Shown piece by piece: positions 40,739 through 41,043 of a stretch of DNA of 41,043 nucleotides. Source of the DNA: a virus; IMG/VR virus record IMGVR_UViG_3300021357_000001. The stretch is one strand, 5' to 3'. Each line of letters starts with the position of its first letter. Position 1 is the first letter of the stretch. Position numbers and translations under genes: made by a program. Under the pieces are notes generated by a model that had not been told where the DNA came from, did not search any database, and saw nothing but the letters and a program-made list of their open reading frames with translations.

Positions 40739-41043
40739 TATACTTCTCCTCTAGTTGTTCTTTCTGCACTAACCAGATAATCGCCTGGACTTGTTGAGGC
40801 AAGATGTGGAGTCCATACGCCATGTCTCTTATCGCATCCTGGATGAGAGAGACACGCCCCATGCCATGCCACTTGCGCCGTTCGCTATCTGTCAATGCCC
40901 TTCCCACCGCTGCGTGGATTATGTGTCTGTCCACAACAGGTAGGTGATATGGCTCCTCTGGGTCACAGATAGTCATCCAGAATGGTACTACCTTGGGGCC
41001 AGACAGGTGCCACCCGATAGGCTCCCCTTCTATCATTGCCATT
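40716..41043 (-). CDS. 3' part of the wrap-around hypothetical early protein (continues from nt 399->128)
   Basis: Track ORF 40716..41042. The frame has no stop before the window end and continues through the 127-nt overlap. Confidence 0.7.
   Translation of the reverse strand, partial: MAMIEGEPIGWHLSGPKVVPFWMTICDPEEPYHLPVVDRHIIHAAVGRALTDSERRKWHGMGRVSLIQDAIRDMAYGLHILPQQVQAIIWLVQKEQLEEKYNGLDIHT
40917..41043. repeat. Terminal direct repeat, copy 2 (identical to 1-127)
   Basis: Direct comparison of the two window ends. Confidence 0.95.

Noticed and set aside
37772-41043. The 5.6-kb segment between the inverted 57-nt elements as an invertible or mobile cassette
   Set aside because: I recognised no serine or tyrosine recombinase or transposase anywhere in the genome. 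The element's orientation matches the outgoing early transcripts, so a transcriptional role fits better.
1-41043. Search for integrase, CI/Cro-like repressor, tRNA genes, phage RNA polymerase, reverse transcriptase/DGR, and known defence or anti-defence genes
   Set aside because: None could be recognised by eye from motifs in any frame. Absence cannot be proven without profile searches and tRNA scans, so I make no lifestyle claim beyond 'no lysogeny genes seen'.

Overview
The window is a complete tailed dsDNA phage genome of about 40.9 kb, linearised at an arbitrary point. Nt 1-127 are identical to nt 40917-41043, and one minus-strand gene is intact only when the two ends are joined. Layout: (i) Plus strand 3.7-26.5 kb is the packaging and virion module: small and large terminase, portal, a 668-aa protein, a 1864-aa protein, scaffold, major capsid, about 12 virion/tail proteins and two small membrane proteins. 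The 1864-aa protein carries two tandem HExxH modules. (ii) Minus strand 26.4-35.7 kb is the replication/recombination module: family A DNA polymerase, family-4 UDG-like protein, MazG/DUF1599-like protein, DUF669-like protein, Sak4-like ATPase, Cas4-like nuclease, ERCC4-type nuclease and a RepA/DnaB-like helicase. (iii) Minus strand 35.7-41.0 kb, wrapping to 0.4 kb, holds about 25 small early genes with several paralog families, including one five-member family. (iv) A short rightward early operon lies at 0.85-2.03 kb. (v) An inverted thyX lies at 2.9-3.7 kb. Three non-coding control regions stand out. The first is a TACATATTG iteron array between divergent TTGACAAG-type promoters (0.43-0.73 kb). 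The second is a densely repeated region at 2.1-2.3 kb. The third is a 57-nt element made of a 28-bp perfect palindrome plus a conserved tail. It occurs twice in inverted orientation (2459-2515 and 37772-37828) and brackets the early region. I could not recognise an integrase, repressor, tRNA, RNA polymerase, tape measure, sheath/tube protein or endolysin. All functional calls rest on motifs read by eye and on gene order; no database search was possible.
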